Of a stretch of 39,866 nt of DNA, positions 1 to 8,876 are shown in pieces. Numbering within the stretch: the stretch's first letter is position 1; each line of letters begins with the position of its first letter. Below the pieces are notes generated by a model. The model was not told the origin of the DNA. It saw only the letters and a program-made list of their open reading frames with translations, and ran no database searches. The position numbers were made by a program, and so were the translations under genes. The stretch comes from an uncultured Hyphomicrobiales bacterium (lineage in GTDB: Bacteria > Pseudomonadota > Alphaproteobacteria > Rhizobiales > CAZGNQ01), in NCBI GenBank assembly GCA_964527285.1, contig CAZGNQ010000001.1:1-39866 (forward strand). The letters run 5' to 3'.

Positions 1-651
1 CGTATCGATCTGGATGGCCGTGCCCACCGGCGCGAACTCGATATAGGCCTCATCAAGAACAATCAGCGTCTCCGGCGGGATGGCGTCCACGAACCGCTGC
101 ACCGCCTGCGCGTCATGGCAGGCACCTGACGGATTGTCCGGGTTGGAGAGATAAACAAGCGCCGGGCGCTCGCGCTGCGCCGCTTCGGCGAGCCCCTCCA
201 GATCCGGTGCGTCAGCGCGATAGGGCACACTCACCACGCGCCCCGCCTGAGCTGCCACATGGTAGAGGAAGGTCGGATAAGCGCCGAGCGACGCCACGAC
301 TGTGTCGCCTGGGGAGAGAAAAAGCCGGCAGAGCGTCCCAAGCAGCCCATCGATGCCGCCGCCAACGGCGATTTCGTCGACCGTGACGCCAATGTGCGCG
401 GCAAGCGCGGTGCGCAGGTCATAATTCTCCGGATCGCCGTAGGCCCACACGTCGCTGGCCGCTTCGCGCATGGCGTCTATCGCGCGGGGGGATGGGCCGA
501 ACACACTTTCATTCGCACCGAGACGCGCGCGGAATGCCCGGCCCTGAGCGCGGGCAATGGCTTCCGGCCCGACGAACGGGGTCGTGTCCGGCAGGCTGTC
601 CATGTGGGAGGTCAGTTGCGGGATCGGGCTGGGCGATCGTTCGTGCGTCAT
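1..651 (-). CDS. hisC: Class I/II PLP aminotransferase, histidinol-phosphate aminotransferase-like; first ~217 codons only, gene runs off the left edge
   Basis: Absent from the ORF track because no stop lies in the window. Hand translation of the minus strand from ATG at 649-651 gives MTHERSPSPIPQLTSHMDSLPDTTPFVGPEAIARAQGRAFRARLGANESVFGPSPRAIDAMREAASDVWAYGDPENY. In the same frame, LVYLSNPDNPSG lies at 121-159. 'GxNExxxGPSP' and 'NPxNPxG' are typical HisC / aminotransferase I-II motifs. Confidence 0.8.
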   Translation of the reverse strand, partial: MTHERSPSPIPQLTSHMDSLPDTTPFVGPEAIARAQGRAFRARLGANESVFGPSPRAIDAMREAASDVWAYGDPENYDLRTALAAHIGVTVDEIAVGGGIDGLLGTLCRLFLSPGDTVVASLGAYPTFLYHVAAQAGRVVSVPYRADAPDLEGLAEAAQRERPALVYLSNPDNPSGACHDAQAVQRFVDAIPPETLIVLDEAYIEFAPVGTAIQIDT

Positions 652-766
652 GGTTTTTGCCTTTCAGGGTCCGGCCACCACCGGCCTGCAAGTGTCCGCA
701 ATGGCCCCAGCGCCCGGTCGCGCCCCATCATCACCGACCCATGCCTGGGCCGGAGCTGTCTGTGTT

Positions 767-802
767 GACCTACCCCTGGATCTATCCCTGGACCTACCCC
801 CG
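767..802. repeat. Three tandem 12-bp units GAYCTAYCCCYG (gacctacccctg / gatctatccctg / gacctacccccg)
   Basis: Read directly from the sequence. It lies in the 217-bp spacer between the FHA gene stop (869) and the hisC-like start (651). Confidence 0.7.
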
Positions 803-826
803 GGGGCCAGTGGCTGGGTCTCCCCA

Positions 827-850
827 CCGGGGCCTGTGGCTAGGCCCCGG
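827..850 (-). terminator. GC-rich stem-loop just downstream of the FHA gene; possible terminator or mRNA-stabilising hairpin
   Basis: CCGGGGCC (827-834) pairs with GGCCCCGG (843-850) around an 8-nt loop, about 20 nt after the minus-strand stop at 869-871. No U-tract follows on the minus strand. Confidence 0.3.
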
Positions 851-868
851 AGCTTGGCTCGACCCACG

Positions 869-1936
869 TTACTCCGCCAGGGCCTCGCCAGCCGCTACCG
901 GGTCCACGGGCTCGTCAATCAACCAATAGCCCTCCGCTTCGGTGGGCGGCAAGGCATCGCGACGCCGCTCGGCCTGCGCCTTCAGATCGGACAGCGCGCC
1001 CATGTAATCCTCCGTCAGGCCGGGCTCCTTTACGGCCAGCTCCGATGGATACAACGGAACGCTTGCGCTGATGGCATTCACGTTGCGCGCTTCTGACCGG
1101 GCGGAGAACCAAGCCGGTGTCCCAAGTGACAGGGCACTGATCGCCACGGCCAGCAGCGCAGCACCACGCAAAGAGAGGTGCGTTGCAAGGCGCAGGTGAA
1201 AATGAAGCTGGACGGCCGCCACGACGATGCCGGCTGCCAGGATCACCATGCTCGCGGTGGCACCGGGGAGTGCAAACGCGTAGCGGGCGAGATCAAAACC
1301 GCCGTCGGCTGCGCTGAAGACGAGGGAGCCAACGACGAGGATCAGGGCGTGGCCCAGCCAGTGCCACCGCCCCTTGATGATGCGCGACAGGAGCGCCCAG
1401 GCGCCGACCCAGATGAGCAGACCGGCACCCAACAGCCCCACATCAGCAACAACATCCGCCAGAAAATCATCCGGCACGGTCAGCCATGTCCGGTAGACCA
1501 TCTCGCCCACCGCGGCCGCCAACGCGAAGACGAGCAACACGCCCGTCCAACGGCCGGAAAAGCCCCCGGGACCGAACGGCTCCTTCATGGGCCTCTCGGC
1601 TGCGATCGGCTTGCGCGACGAGCGCACCCGGACCCGCGTCTGGCCAACCTGGAAACTGTCCTTCGGCAACATCACAAGGTCACCGCCGCGGTGGCGACGG
1701 CCTGCAATGACGGTGCCGTTGCGCGTGTCCAGGTCGCGGACCTCAACACCGCCGATATCATCGACGTGGATTTCTGCGTGCTGTCCAGCGAGATGCGGAT
1801 CGTCGATGACGACGTGCGCCAGCACATCGCGCCCCAGCGTGATCGGGCCGTTGTGCACGTCCATGTCGATCACATCGCGCACGACGGTGCGCCCGCCCGC
1901 GTCGGCGCACTCCACCAGAACCCTGTGCGTGCTCAT
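869..1936 (-). CDS. FHA-domain protein with a polytopic membrane region (N-terminal FHA, then ~5-6 predicted TM helices and a C-terminal tail)
   Basis: ORF 869..1945. The N-terminus reads ITLGRDVLAHVVIDDPHLAGQHAEIHV...VRDLDTRNGTVIAGRR, matching the FHA pattern GR...(S)xxHA...DL.S.NGT..NG. Long hydrophobic stretches follow (GVLLVFALAAAVGEMV, VGLLGAGLLIWVGAWALL, ALILVVGSLVF, MVILAAGIVVAAV, AALLAVAISALSL). The ATG at 1934-1936 overlaps the protease stop as ATGA. An upstream in-frame ATG at 1945 is the alternative start. Confidence 0.75.
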   Translation of the reverse strand: MSTHRVLVECADAGGRTVVRDVIDMDVHNGPITLGRDVLAHVVIDDPHLAGQHAEIHVDDIGGVEVRDLDTRNGTVIAGRRHRGGDLVMLPKDSFQVGQTRVRVRSSRKPIAAERPMKEPFGPGGFSGRWTGVLLVFALAAAVGEMVYRTWLTVPDDFLADVVADVGLLGAGLLIWVGAWALLSRIIKGRWHWLGHALILVVGSLVFSAADGGFDLARYAFALPGATASMVILAAGIVVAAVQLHFHLRLATHLSLRGAALLAVAISALSLGTPAWFSARSEARNVNAISASVPLYPSELAVKEPGLTEDYMGALSDLKAQAERRRDALPPTEAEGYWLIDEPVDPVAAGEALAE

Positions 1937-3246
1937 TGGGTCCACTCCAGTGCCCCGAGGTAGCGGCGGATGAAGTCGTGCCCGCCCTCAAAGCCGATGG
2001 CATACAGGTCAAGCTGACTGACGAGGGCCACCCGTGGGCGGTCGAGGCTCACCACGCGGACCGAAAAATCAAACAGACCGGTGAGCTTGCGATAGGCCCG
2101 CGCGCAAGTCACCACATCGGCGGAAAATCCCTTGAGTGCCAACTGGCCGCGCTTGCACGCATAGGGCCCCACGTGACGCCGCTGGCCGAACCGCCCTGCC
2201 ATGCCCGTCATGGAGGACAACTGCCGGTAGAACCGCCAGGCATCCAGCTTCTGGGTGCTGAGCACGGTATGATTGTAGCTGACGTCGCCGCCGGACAGAC
2301 CGTTTCGGACATAAACGCCGGCCTTGGCTGAACAGGCGATCCGCGTGGTGCGGCTTGGCTGATCGTCCTCCACATCGCCATCGGCGTTGCAGTCAATAAA
2401 CGAGGCCAACCGGGCCGGGAGCCGATATCCCAGCGTCAGCTCCGTGGTCAGTGGACCGGTGAGGCGTGCCATCAGGTCGGCACCATGGGCGCCCATCTGT
2501 CCGGCCACAGCGGCCTGCAACGCCACCGGCGCAGGCGGCGCGTCGGGTGCCCTTGCGATGAGCGCGGCCACTTTTTCAGAAGGCACGAGAAAGCTCACCA
2601 ACTGGCTGAAGACATAAGCTGAGACGTTGACGCCAATAATGTCGCCACGGGCGTCAACGGCAGGCCCGCCTGACATGCCGCCGTTGAGCGCGCCGGAATA
2701 GTGGATGCGCCGCGTGAAGGCGTCCTCGACATCGCCGTTCGACACGCCCTGTGTGATCGTCAGACCGAGATCGAGCGGATAGCCAACGGCGAACGCCTGA
2801 ATACCCTTGCGCGACGGCCCTGTCGCAAGGGTCAGCGGCTCCGGCGCGTGCCCCGAGGCGCGGACGAGGGCGAGATCATTGGCAACGTCGATCGCAAGCA
2901 CATCAATCGCGCCGGTCTTGTTCTCGGGCGTGCGATACTCAAGCCGATACTTGTCGGGCTCATGAACCCACTCCGCCACGACGTGGTAGTTGGTGGCAAA
3001 CAGACCGCCCTCACCCACTGCAAAGCCGGTGCCGTGGAACGCCTCGCCGGTGTTGGCACCGAAAAAGCCCTTCACCTGGATGATCGCCGGCCGCACCTGC
3101 TGGAGCACGCGGCGCGCGATGTCGGACGGTGCCGCGGCAACGTCCGGTTCAAGGCCCGCGTTGCCATTCAGATCGGCCCGCGCGATGCCACCCGCGGCAA
3201 CGACGGACAAAAGCAGCGCTATGGCAATGCCGCTGCACGATGTCAT
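1933..3246 (-). CDS. Secreted trypsin-like (S1, DegP/Trypsin_2-type) serine peptidase with a ~210-aa C-terminal domain of unknown function; no PDZ recognised
   Basis: ORF 1933..3435 trimmed to the ATG at 3244-3246, giving MTSCSGIAIALLLSVVAAGGIARA (signal-peptide-like). Catalytic triad contexts are TNYHVV (His), NDLALV (Asp) and GMSGGP (Ser). The Cys-containing C-terminal part (FIDCNADGD...IACSAKAG...YACKRG...VVTCARAY) is not recognisable. Confidence 0.85.
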   Translation of the reverse strand: MTSCSGIAIALLLSVVAAGGIARADLNGNAGLEPDVAAAPSDIARRVLQQVRPAIIQVKGFFGANTGEAFHGTGFAVGEGGLFATNYHVVAEWVHEPDKYRLEYRTPENKTGAIDVLAIDVANDLALVRASGHAPEPLTLATGPSRKGIQAFAVGYPLDLGLTITQGVSNGDVEDAFTRRIHYSGALNGGMSGGPAVDARGDIIGVNVSAYVFSQLVSFLVPSEKVAALIARAPDAPPAPVALQAAVAGQMGAHGADLMARLTGPLTTELTLGYRLPARLASFIDCNADGDVEDDQPSRTTRIACSAKAGVYVRNGLSGGDVSYNHTVLSTQKLDAWRFYRQLSSMTGMAGRFGQRRHVGPYACKRGQLALKGFSADVVTCARAYRKLTGLFDFSVRVVSLDRPRVALVSQLDLYAIGFEGGHDFIRRYLGALEWTQ

Positions 3247-3407
3247 GATGCCCAATGCTGAGCGATTTTGCGCCACGTCATCTCCCCCGCGCGACCGCTT
3301 GAACTCACACGCGCGCCCATCACTGGCAGCCAACCGTTGCTCTGGCGTGGCTGTGTCATGGCTCCAAAGTGTCCCAGCGTTCAATGCGCACATTCGCGGC
3401 GCACGCC

Positions 3408-3476
3408 GCCAGCGTAACCACGCCAGGGCAACCACGTCAGGGCGACCACATCAGGCCAACACAGCTCGGCCAACAA
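3408..3476. repeat. About five degenerate tandem 13-14-bp units (gccagcgtaaccac / gccagggcaaccac / gtcagggcgaccac / atcaggccaacac / agctcggccaacaa)
   Basis: Read directly from the sequence. It lies in the 249-bp spacer between the ABC ATPase stop (3496) and the protease start (3246), upstream of the protease-FHA pair. Confidence 0.65.
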
Positions 3477-3495
3477 AGCTCGACCGACAGATGGG

Positions 3496-4548
3496 TCAGC
3501 CACGCCCTTCTTCCACCGCGTGGCATGCCACCTTCGCGCCGTTGGGAGCAGCCATCAGGCTTGGCACCTCGCGCCGGCACCTGTCGTTGGCGAGCGGGCA
3601 ACGGCCGTGGAATGCACACCCCGGCGGCAGGTTCACCGGCGACGGTACGTCTCCCGGTTGGCGTTGCACGCGCGGCGGGCTGGCGTCCATGCGCGGGATC
3701 GCATCGAGCAGCACACGGGTGTAGGGGTGTTGAGGCGCTGCAAAAAGTGCCTCGCGATCCGCAACTTCGCAGATGCGCCCGAGGTACATGACCGCAACGC
3801 GGCTTGCGATGTGCTCCACGACTGCAAGGTCATGGGTGATGAACAGATATGTGAGGCCGCGTTCCGCCTTGGCGGCCATCATCACGTTGAGGACCTGCGC
3901 CTGGATCGAGACATCAAGGGCGGAAATCGGCTCATCTGCCACGATGAATTCCGGCTCGACCATAAGCGCGCGCGCGATGGAAATGCGCTGGCGTTGGCCG
4001 CCGGAAAACTCGTGCGGATACCGTTTCAGCCAAGCCGGGTCGTTGCCCACGGACATCATGACCCGCTCCACGGTCTCGCGCACGGCTGCGTCCGCAAGCT
4101 CTGGCCTGTGGAAGCGCAGGGGCTCCTCCAGGATCTTCGCCACCGTCATGCGCGGGTTGAGCGACGCATAGGGGTTCTGAAACACCATCTGCATGCGCCG
4201 GCGGAACGGCTTGCGCGCTGATGCAGAAAGATTGTCGATCCGCACACCGTTAAACGTGATGGCCCCCTCGGTGGGCGTCAGCAGTCCCATCACGATCCGC
4301 CCGAGCGTGGTCTTTCCGCAACCGCTCTCTCCGACGACGCAAAAGGCTTCGCCGTGGCGGATCGTGAGATCCACCGTGTTGAGCGCATGGACCTTGGGTC
4401 GCTCAGAGGAGAAAAAGCCCGATGGCAGGGGGAAGTGTTTGACAACCCCGCGCGCGTCGAGAAGGGCGTGGTCCGCTGCCGCCGGCCCGTTGGCCGTGGG
4501 GAGGGTTGCCGCAGCCCCATCCGGGCTGGCGATCGCCTGCTTCACCAT
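3496..4548 (-). CDS. ABC transporter ATP-binding protein, DppF/OppF/NikE type
   Basis: Walker A GESGCGKTT, signature FSGGQRQR, Walker B FIVADEPISALD, and the C-terminal oligopeptide-type extension (HPYTRVLLDAIP...CAFHGRCP). The start overlaps the upstream ATPase stop. Confidence 0.9.
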   Translation of the reverse strand: MVKQAIASPDGAAATLPTANGPAAADHALLDARGVVKHFPLPSGFFSSERPKVHALNTVDLTIRHGEAFCVVGESGCGKTTLGRIVMGLLTPTEGAITFNGVRIDNLSASARKPFRRRMQMVFQNPYASLNPRMTVAKILEEPLRFHRPELADAAVRETVERVMMSVGNDPAWLKRYPHEFSGGQRQRISIARALMVEPEFIVADEPISALDVSIQAQVLNVMMAAKAERGLTYLFITHDLAVVEHIASRVAVMYLGRICEVADREALFAAPQHPYTRVLLDAIPRMDASPPRVQRQPGDVPSPVNLPPGCAFHGRCPLANDRCRREVPSLMAAPNGAKVACHAVEEGRG

Positions 4549-5624
4549 TCGACTGGCTCCTGCGCACGGGGCATCCCATCGCCACTGCCGGGCGTTGCCT
4601 CGGCCGCGATCCGCTCAGCATGGTGACACGCCGCACGGTGTCCCGCGCCAAGGAGACGCAGCGGTGGGATATCAGTCCGGCAATGGTCGTCGGCATGGGG
4701 ACAGCGCGGCCAGAACGCACAGCCACTCGGCAATGCGCCCAAGCTGGGCATCGCGCCAGGGATTTGAGCAAGCGGGGCACCGGGCGCATTGTTTTGCGGC
4801 AGTGCACGCAGCAGGCCCCGCGTGTAGGGGTGGCGCGGCGCACGCAACACCTGGGCCGTCGGGCCGGCCTCGGCCACCGTGCCGGCATAAAGCACGATGA
4901 GGTCCTGGGTGACTTGGCTGACGACAGCCAGATCGTGGGTGATCAGGATGAGCCCCATCTGCCGGCGCGCGCACAGATCAAGCAGCAGGGCCAGGATTTC
5001 GGCCTGGATGGTGACATCAAGGGCCGTTGTTGGTTCGTCGGCAATGATGATGGCCGGATCGGTCAGCAGTGCGATGGCAATCACCACCCGCTGGCGCAAA
5101 CCGCCGGATAGTTCATGCGGATAGGCGTCGATGCGCGTCTCGGGAGAAGGTATCGCCACTTCCCTCAGCTTCTCGATCGCACGTTCGCGGGCTTGTGCCG
5201 CGCCCACGCCCATGTGCGTGCGCAGCACCTCCGTCATCTGCGCCCCGATGGTGAGCACCGGATTGAGCGTCATCATCGGATCCTGAAAGATCATCGCAAT
5301 GCGATTGCCGCGCACGTGACGCAGATGGCGCTGATGGGCCTTGGTGAGGTCCGTGCCTTCGAACACGACCGATCCGCCGGAGATGCGCCCGGGTTCACTC
5401 ACAAGGTTGAGCACGGCGAAGGCCGCCATGGATTTGCCCGCGCCGCTCTCGCCGACGAAACCAAGGCGTTGGCCTGCGGCGAGGTCGAAACTCAAGCCGC
5501 GCAGCGCATAGAGCGGCCCGGCCGGCGAGGGGAAGGTGACGTCCATGTCCCTCACCGACAGGATCGGCTGGCGGCTGGCGGCATCTGGAGCGGGCGCAGG
5601 GTTGCGCCTGGACGAAACGGGCAT
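4542..5624 (-). CDS. ABC transporter ATP-binding protein, DppD/OppD/NikD type
   Basis: [40 protein letters not shown]...CAFWPRCP. Start set at the ATG at 5622-5624 (MPVSSRR...), preceded by GAGGGAG. The maximal ORF reaches 5684. Confidence 0.88.
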   Translation of the reverse strand: MPVSSRRNPAPAPDAASRQPILSVRDMDVTFPSPAGPLYALRGLSFDLAAGQRLGFVGESGAGKSMAAFAVLNLVSEPGRISGGSVVFEGTDLTKAHQRHLRHVRGNRIAMIFQDPMMTLNPVLTIGAQMTEVLRTHMGVGAAQARERAIEKLREVAIPSPETRIDAYPHELSGGLRQRVVIAIALLTDPAIIIADEPTTALDVTIQAEILALLLDLCARRQMGLILITHDLAVVSQVTQDLIVLYAGTVAEAGPTAQVLRAPRHPYTRGLLRALPQNNAPGAPLAQIPGAMPSLGALPSGCAFWPRCPHADDHCRTDIPPLRLLGAGHRAACHHAERIAAEATPGSGDGMPRAQEPVEW

Positions 5625-5638
5625 GGCGCCGTGCTCCC

Positions 5639-6646
5639 TCAGCGTCTGGAATAGAGCCGGGGATTGAGCGCGTCGCGCAGCCAATCACCCAGGAGATTGA
5701 TGGCCAGGATCAGGACGATAAGCACAACGCTTGGAATGATTGTGATCCACCACGACCCGGAAAAGATGAACTCAAAGCCCGAGCGGATCAGCGAGCCCAG
5801 CGAGGGCTGGGTCACCGGCATGCCGAGCCCCAGGAAGCTGAGGGACGCCTCGGTGATGATCGCTTCGGCGATTTGTACCGTCGAGATCACCAGAACGGGC
5901 GAGAGGGTGTTCGGCAGCACATGGCGCAACATCACACGGTGCGCTGGCAGCCCGATGACCCGTGCGGCATCCACATACTCCTTGCCGCGCTCGGCCATGA
6001 CATTGGCGCGCACGGTGCGGGCGTATTGCGGCCATTCTGCAATGCCGATCACGAGGATCAGCATGACGATTGCCAGCTCCTCATAAAGGCGGGCACCAAA
6101 TGCCGCCTGGAAAACGGCAAGCGCGATAATTGCGACCATCAAGGTGGACAGTGACAACTGGATATCGGCAATCCGCATGATGATCGCATCGGTCCGACCG
6201 CCAACATAGCCTGCGATGAGGCCAAGCGAAACGCCGAGAAAAGCCTGCAGGATGACAGCGAAGACCCCGATCAGCAGCGACAGCCCCGTTCCATACATGA
6301 TGGTGGAGAGCATATCCCGGCCCTGCTGATCGGTGCCGAGCAGAAAGCGCTCATCCCCGCCGTCTTCCCAAACCGGCGGAATTTCGCTGTCCAGAATGTC
6401 CAGTTGGGTTTGGTCGTAAGGGTTTTGCGGCGCAAGCACCGGCGCGAGCAGGGCCGAGGCGACGAAAAACACAACGATGGCTGCGCTGACCATGGCCACC
6501 CGGTCCGTCAAGAAACGGGCGAGCAACTGCGACCGGCGCAGGCGTGACCAGAAAGACGGCGTCGGCGTTGCGGCCAAGCCTTCCATTGCGGCAGCGGCGG
6601 CTTTCGGCTGCGCGGTGTCCGCTGGCGTATCCTCCGCCGCGCTCAT
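5639..6646 (-). CDS. ABC transporter permease, DppC/OppC type
   Basis: Polytopic membrane protein with the BPD-transporter EAA-like loop (YVDAARVIGLPAHRVMLRHVLPN). ATGA overlap with the upstream permease at 6643-6646. Confidence 0.88.
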   Translation of the reverse strand: MSAAEDTPADTAQPKAAAAAMEGLAATPTPSFWSRLRRSQLLARFLTDRVAMVSAAIVVFFVASALLAPVLAPQNPYDQTQLDILDSEIPPVWEDGGDERFLLGTDQQGRDMLSTIMYGTGLSLLIGVFAVILQAFLGVSLGLIAGYVGGRTDAIIMRIADIQLSLSTLMVAIIALAVFQAAFGARLYEELAIVMLILVIGIAEWPQYARTVRANVMAERGKEYVDAARVIGLPAHRVMLRHVLPNTLSPVLVISTVQIAEAIITEASLSFLGLGMPVTQPSLGSLIRSGFEFIFSGSWWITIIPSVVLIVLILAINLLGDWLRDALNPRLYSRR

Positions 6647-7638
6647 CGGCCTGTCTCCAGGATGTTCACGGCGGGATTGATCACGGCATAGAGCAGATCA
6701 ACAAGCGTGTTCGTGACGACGAATATGAGGCCAACAACGATGATATAGGCAATGATCAACGGCGTATCGACACGGTTGATCGCTTCAAGGAACAGAAAGC
6801 CCATGCCAGGCCATTGGAAAACGGTTTCGGTTAGAATGGTGTAAGCGATCAACGTTCCAATCTTCACGCCGCCGAGGCTGACCACGGGAATGAGCGTGTT
6901 TTTCAGCGCGTGCACGTACCAGATGCGGCGGGGTGCGAGCCCTTTGGCCCAGGCAAAGCGGACATACTCGGACTTCAGCACCTCCATCATTTCAGCGCGG
7001 ATCAGCCGGATGAAAAGCGGCAGCATGATCGAAGACAGCGCGATTGCCGGAAGCACCAGATGCCGCAGCCCGTCCACCGTCAAAAATCCCGTTTCCCATC
7101 CTCCCGGGAGCATCACGGTCTCGCCACGACCGAACGACGGCAACCAGCCAAGCTGGACGGAGAACACATAAATGGCGAAAATCGCCGTGAGGAACACCGG
7201 AACGGAAATGCCGACAATCGAAACACCGAGGATCAAGCTCGTCACCCAACTGTTCGGGTGTATGGCAGTGTAAACGCCGAGCGGCACGGACAGCCCGATG
7301 ATGATGAGCGTGGCGGCGAGAACGAGTTCAAACGTGGCGGGAAACTTATCGAGGATCACGTCAAGAGCGGGGCGCTTGAAAAAGTACGACGTGCCGAGGT
7401 CGCCCTGCACGGCATTGCCGAGGAAGCGCGCATATTGCACCAGGAATGGGTCATTCAGCCCGAATTCCTCGCGCAACGCCTCGCGTTCCGCCTCTGAAAC
7501 GGACTGCCCAACGAGTTCGCGCAGCGGGTCGCCCAGATTGCCCTGAATGGAAAACCCGATGAGGCTGATGACCAGCATAACACCCACCGCCTGAACAATG
7601 CGTCGGGCCAGAAAGGCGAGCAGATCGGCGGGTTTCAT
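6643..7638 (-). CDS. ABC transporter permease, DppB/OppB type
   Basis: Start at the ATG at 7636-7638 (MKPADLLAFLARRIVQA...), preceded by AAGGGGAGG. Typical DppB features are present (GDLGTSYFFKRP, EYVRFAWAKGL). The maximal ORF reaches 7824. Confidence 0.88.
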   Translation of the reverse strand: MKPADLLAFLARRIVQAVGVMLVISLIGFSIQGNLGDPLRELVGQSVSEAEREALREEFGLNDPFLVQYARFLGNAVQGDLGTSYFFKRPALDVILDKFPATFELVLAATLIIIGLSVPLGVYTAIHPNSWVTSLILGVSIVGISVPVFLTAIFAIYVFSVQLGWLPSFGRGETVMLPGGWETGFLTVDGLRHLVLPAIALSSIMLPLFIRLIRAEMMEVLKSEYVRFAWAKGLAPRRIWYVHALKNTLIPVVSLGGVKIGTLIAYTILTETVFQWPGMGFLFLEAINRVDTPLIIAYIIVVGLIFVVTNTLVDLLYAVINPAVNILETGR

Positions 7639-7893
7639 CAGCCTCCCCTTCGTTGGCCCCTGCAGCGGGCCTCGGCGCCGTTTTGGCTTGGAACATTGCG
7701 TGCCGCGCCGATGGGTCCCGGCGTGCGACCGTCGCCTACAAGCCTTTGCCAACGCTTGGCCACTCCGGAACCATCGCTGAGCCGTCCCTGGGGCCAAGCG
7801 GTTGATGCGATGGTGGCGCCTCACGCGATGGTGTCGAGTGCGAACAACCTACGTCAACTTGAACGCTGATGCGTATCATGTGTTCAAATCACG

Positions 7894-8679
7894 TTAAATC
7901 GCACGTCTTCCAGGCTTGCGTGCGCGCAGGTGACCTGGGCGCAACTGGCCCTGCTCAGCAACTTTCAGCCTCAGGCGCGTGCGTTCGATCCAGGCCTGGG
8001 AGGCCTGCCCGCCGATGGCGTCGGCCAAGGTGTTGCGCCCGTCGCCTTCCATCCAGGCAAGTTCGCTTGCGGTGTGCGCGACAAACCAATCGTTGCGATC
8101 AATGGCCTCGACCTCGTCGAAGCCGGCCGCCTCGACGTGACGTGCCGCTGTCTCGATGGCGCTCAACTCGAAATGAAGCGGCCCATCGAGATACGCGCGC
8201 ATGTCGGGCGTGAGCGCATCTGTGCTTCCGAACCAGTCGCTGAGCGCCAGCCAGCCCCCTGGCCGCAGAACGCGCAGCGCGTCCGCGTAAAAGGCTGCCT
8301 TATCGGGGATGTGAATGATGGAATCCTTGGAGAAAACCACATCGAACGCATCGTCGGCGAACGTGAGCGGCCCGGCCAAGACGTGCCGTACATCAATCTG
8401 CGCCGCCAGCCCCGCTTCGGCGATCCGCCGCCGCGCCTCCTCGACAACAGGCTGCTCAACATCGATGCTGGTGACCTGAGCCGCGCCGTGCTCGGCCACG
8501 AGGCAGATCGCGGGACCGCCAAGCCCTGTGCCAACATCGAGGACGTGCAGGCCGGTGAGATCAGTGCCGCGCACGATTGCAGCCACTTCGCCGGGACCGC
8601 CGGGGGAGAGGAAGCCCGCCCCCCATGTCGCCTCCAGCTTGGCGATCATGTCAGGTGTGTATTCCGGGGCTTGCGCCAT
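7894..8679 (-). CDS. Class I SAM-dependent methyltransferase (Methyltransf_11/25-like; resembles phosphoethanolamine/small-amine N-methyltransferase domains)
   Basis: ORF 7894..8922 trimmed to MAQAPEYTPDMIAKLEATWGAGFLSPGG... (ATG at 8677-8679). SAM motif I is VLDVGTGLGGPA, post-I is SIDVE, and motif II-like is FDVVFSKDSIIHI. The 'WGxGFxSPGG' N-terminal motif is typical of PEAMT-like enzymes. Confidence 0.8.
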   Translation of the reverse strand: MAQAPEYTPDMIAKLEATWGAGFLSPGGPGEVAAIVRGTDLTGLHVLDVGTGLGGPAICLVAEHGAAQVTSIDVEQPVVEEARRRIAEAGLAAQIDVRHVLAGPLTFADDAFDVVFSKDSIIHIPDKAAFYADALRVLRPGGWLALSDWFGSTDALTPDMRAYLDGPLHFELSAIETAARHVEAAGFDEVEAIDRNDWFVAHTASELAWMEGDGRNTLADAIGGQASQAWIERTRLRLKVAEQGQLRPGHLRARKPGRRAI

Positions 8680-8856
8680 GGTCTTGGGTCCAAGGGAGGG
8701 TCCGGGCGGCGGGTGCAGGTGGTGGGTGGTCCCGGGACAAGAAAGACACGGCGAAGCGCAACGGACACTCCGCCGGTGCGAGCGGACCGGCTTAGAGGAC
8801 GACCGGCCCCGTTGGGATCGCGTGTCGCGGGGACGACGACCGGCGATCGGTGCGGC

Positions 8857-8876
8857 GGCTGAACCGTGGTTCAGCC
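8857..8876 (-). other. Perfect 8-bp stem / 4-nt loop hairpin between the binding-protein gene and the methyltransferase gene
   Basis: GGCTGAAC cgtg GTTCAGCC, with no U-tract. Such hairpins after binding-protein genes often act as attenuators or mRNA stabilisers. Confidence 0.3.

Noticed and set aside
6700-7300. Local GC dip (about 45-58% in spot counts of 60-nt lines) in the permease genes, as possible evidence of horizontal acquisition of the ABC operon.
   Set aside because: A spot check of third codon positions gave GC3 similar to a cob gene. The dip is explained by the Ile/Phe/Leu/Tyr/Asn-rich composition of membrane proteins. This needs a proper genome-wide comparison.
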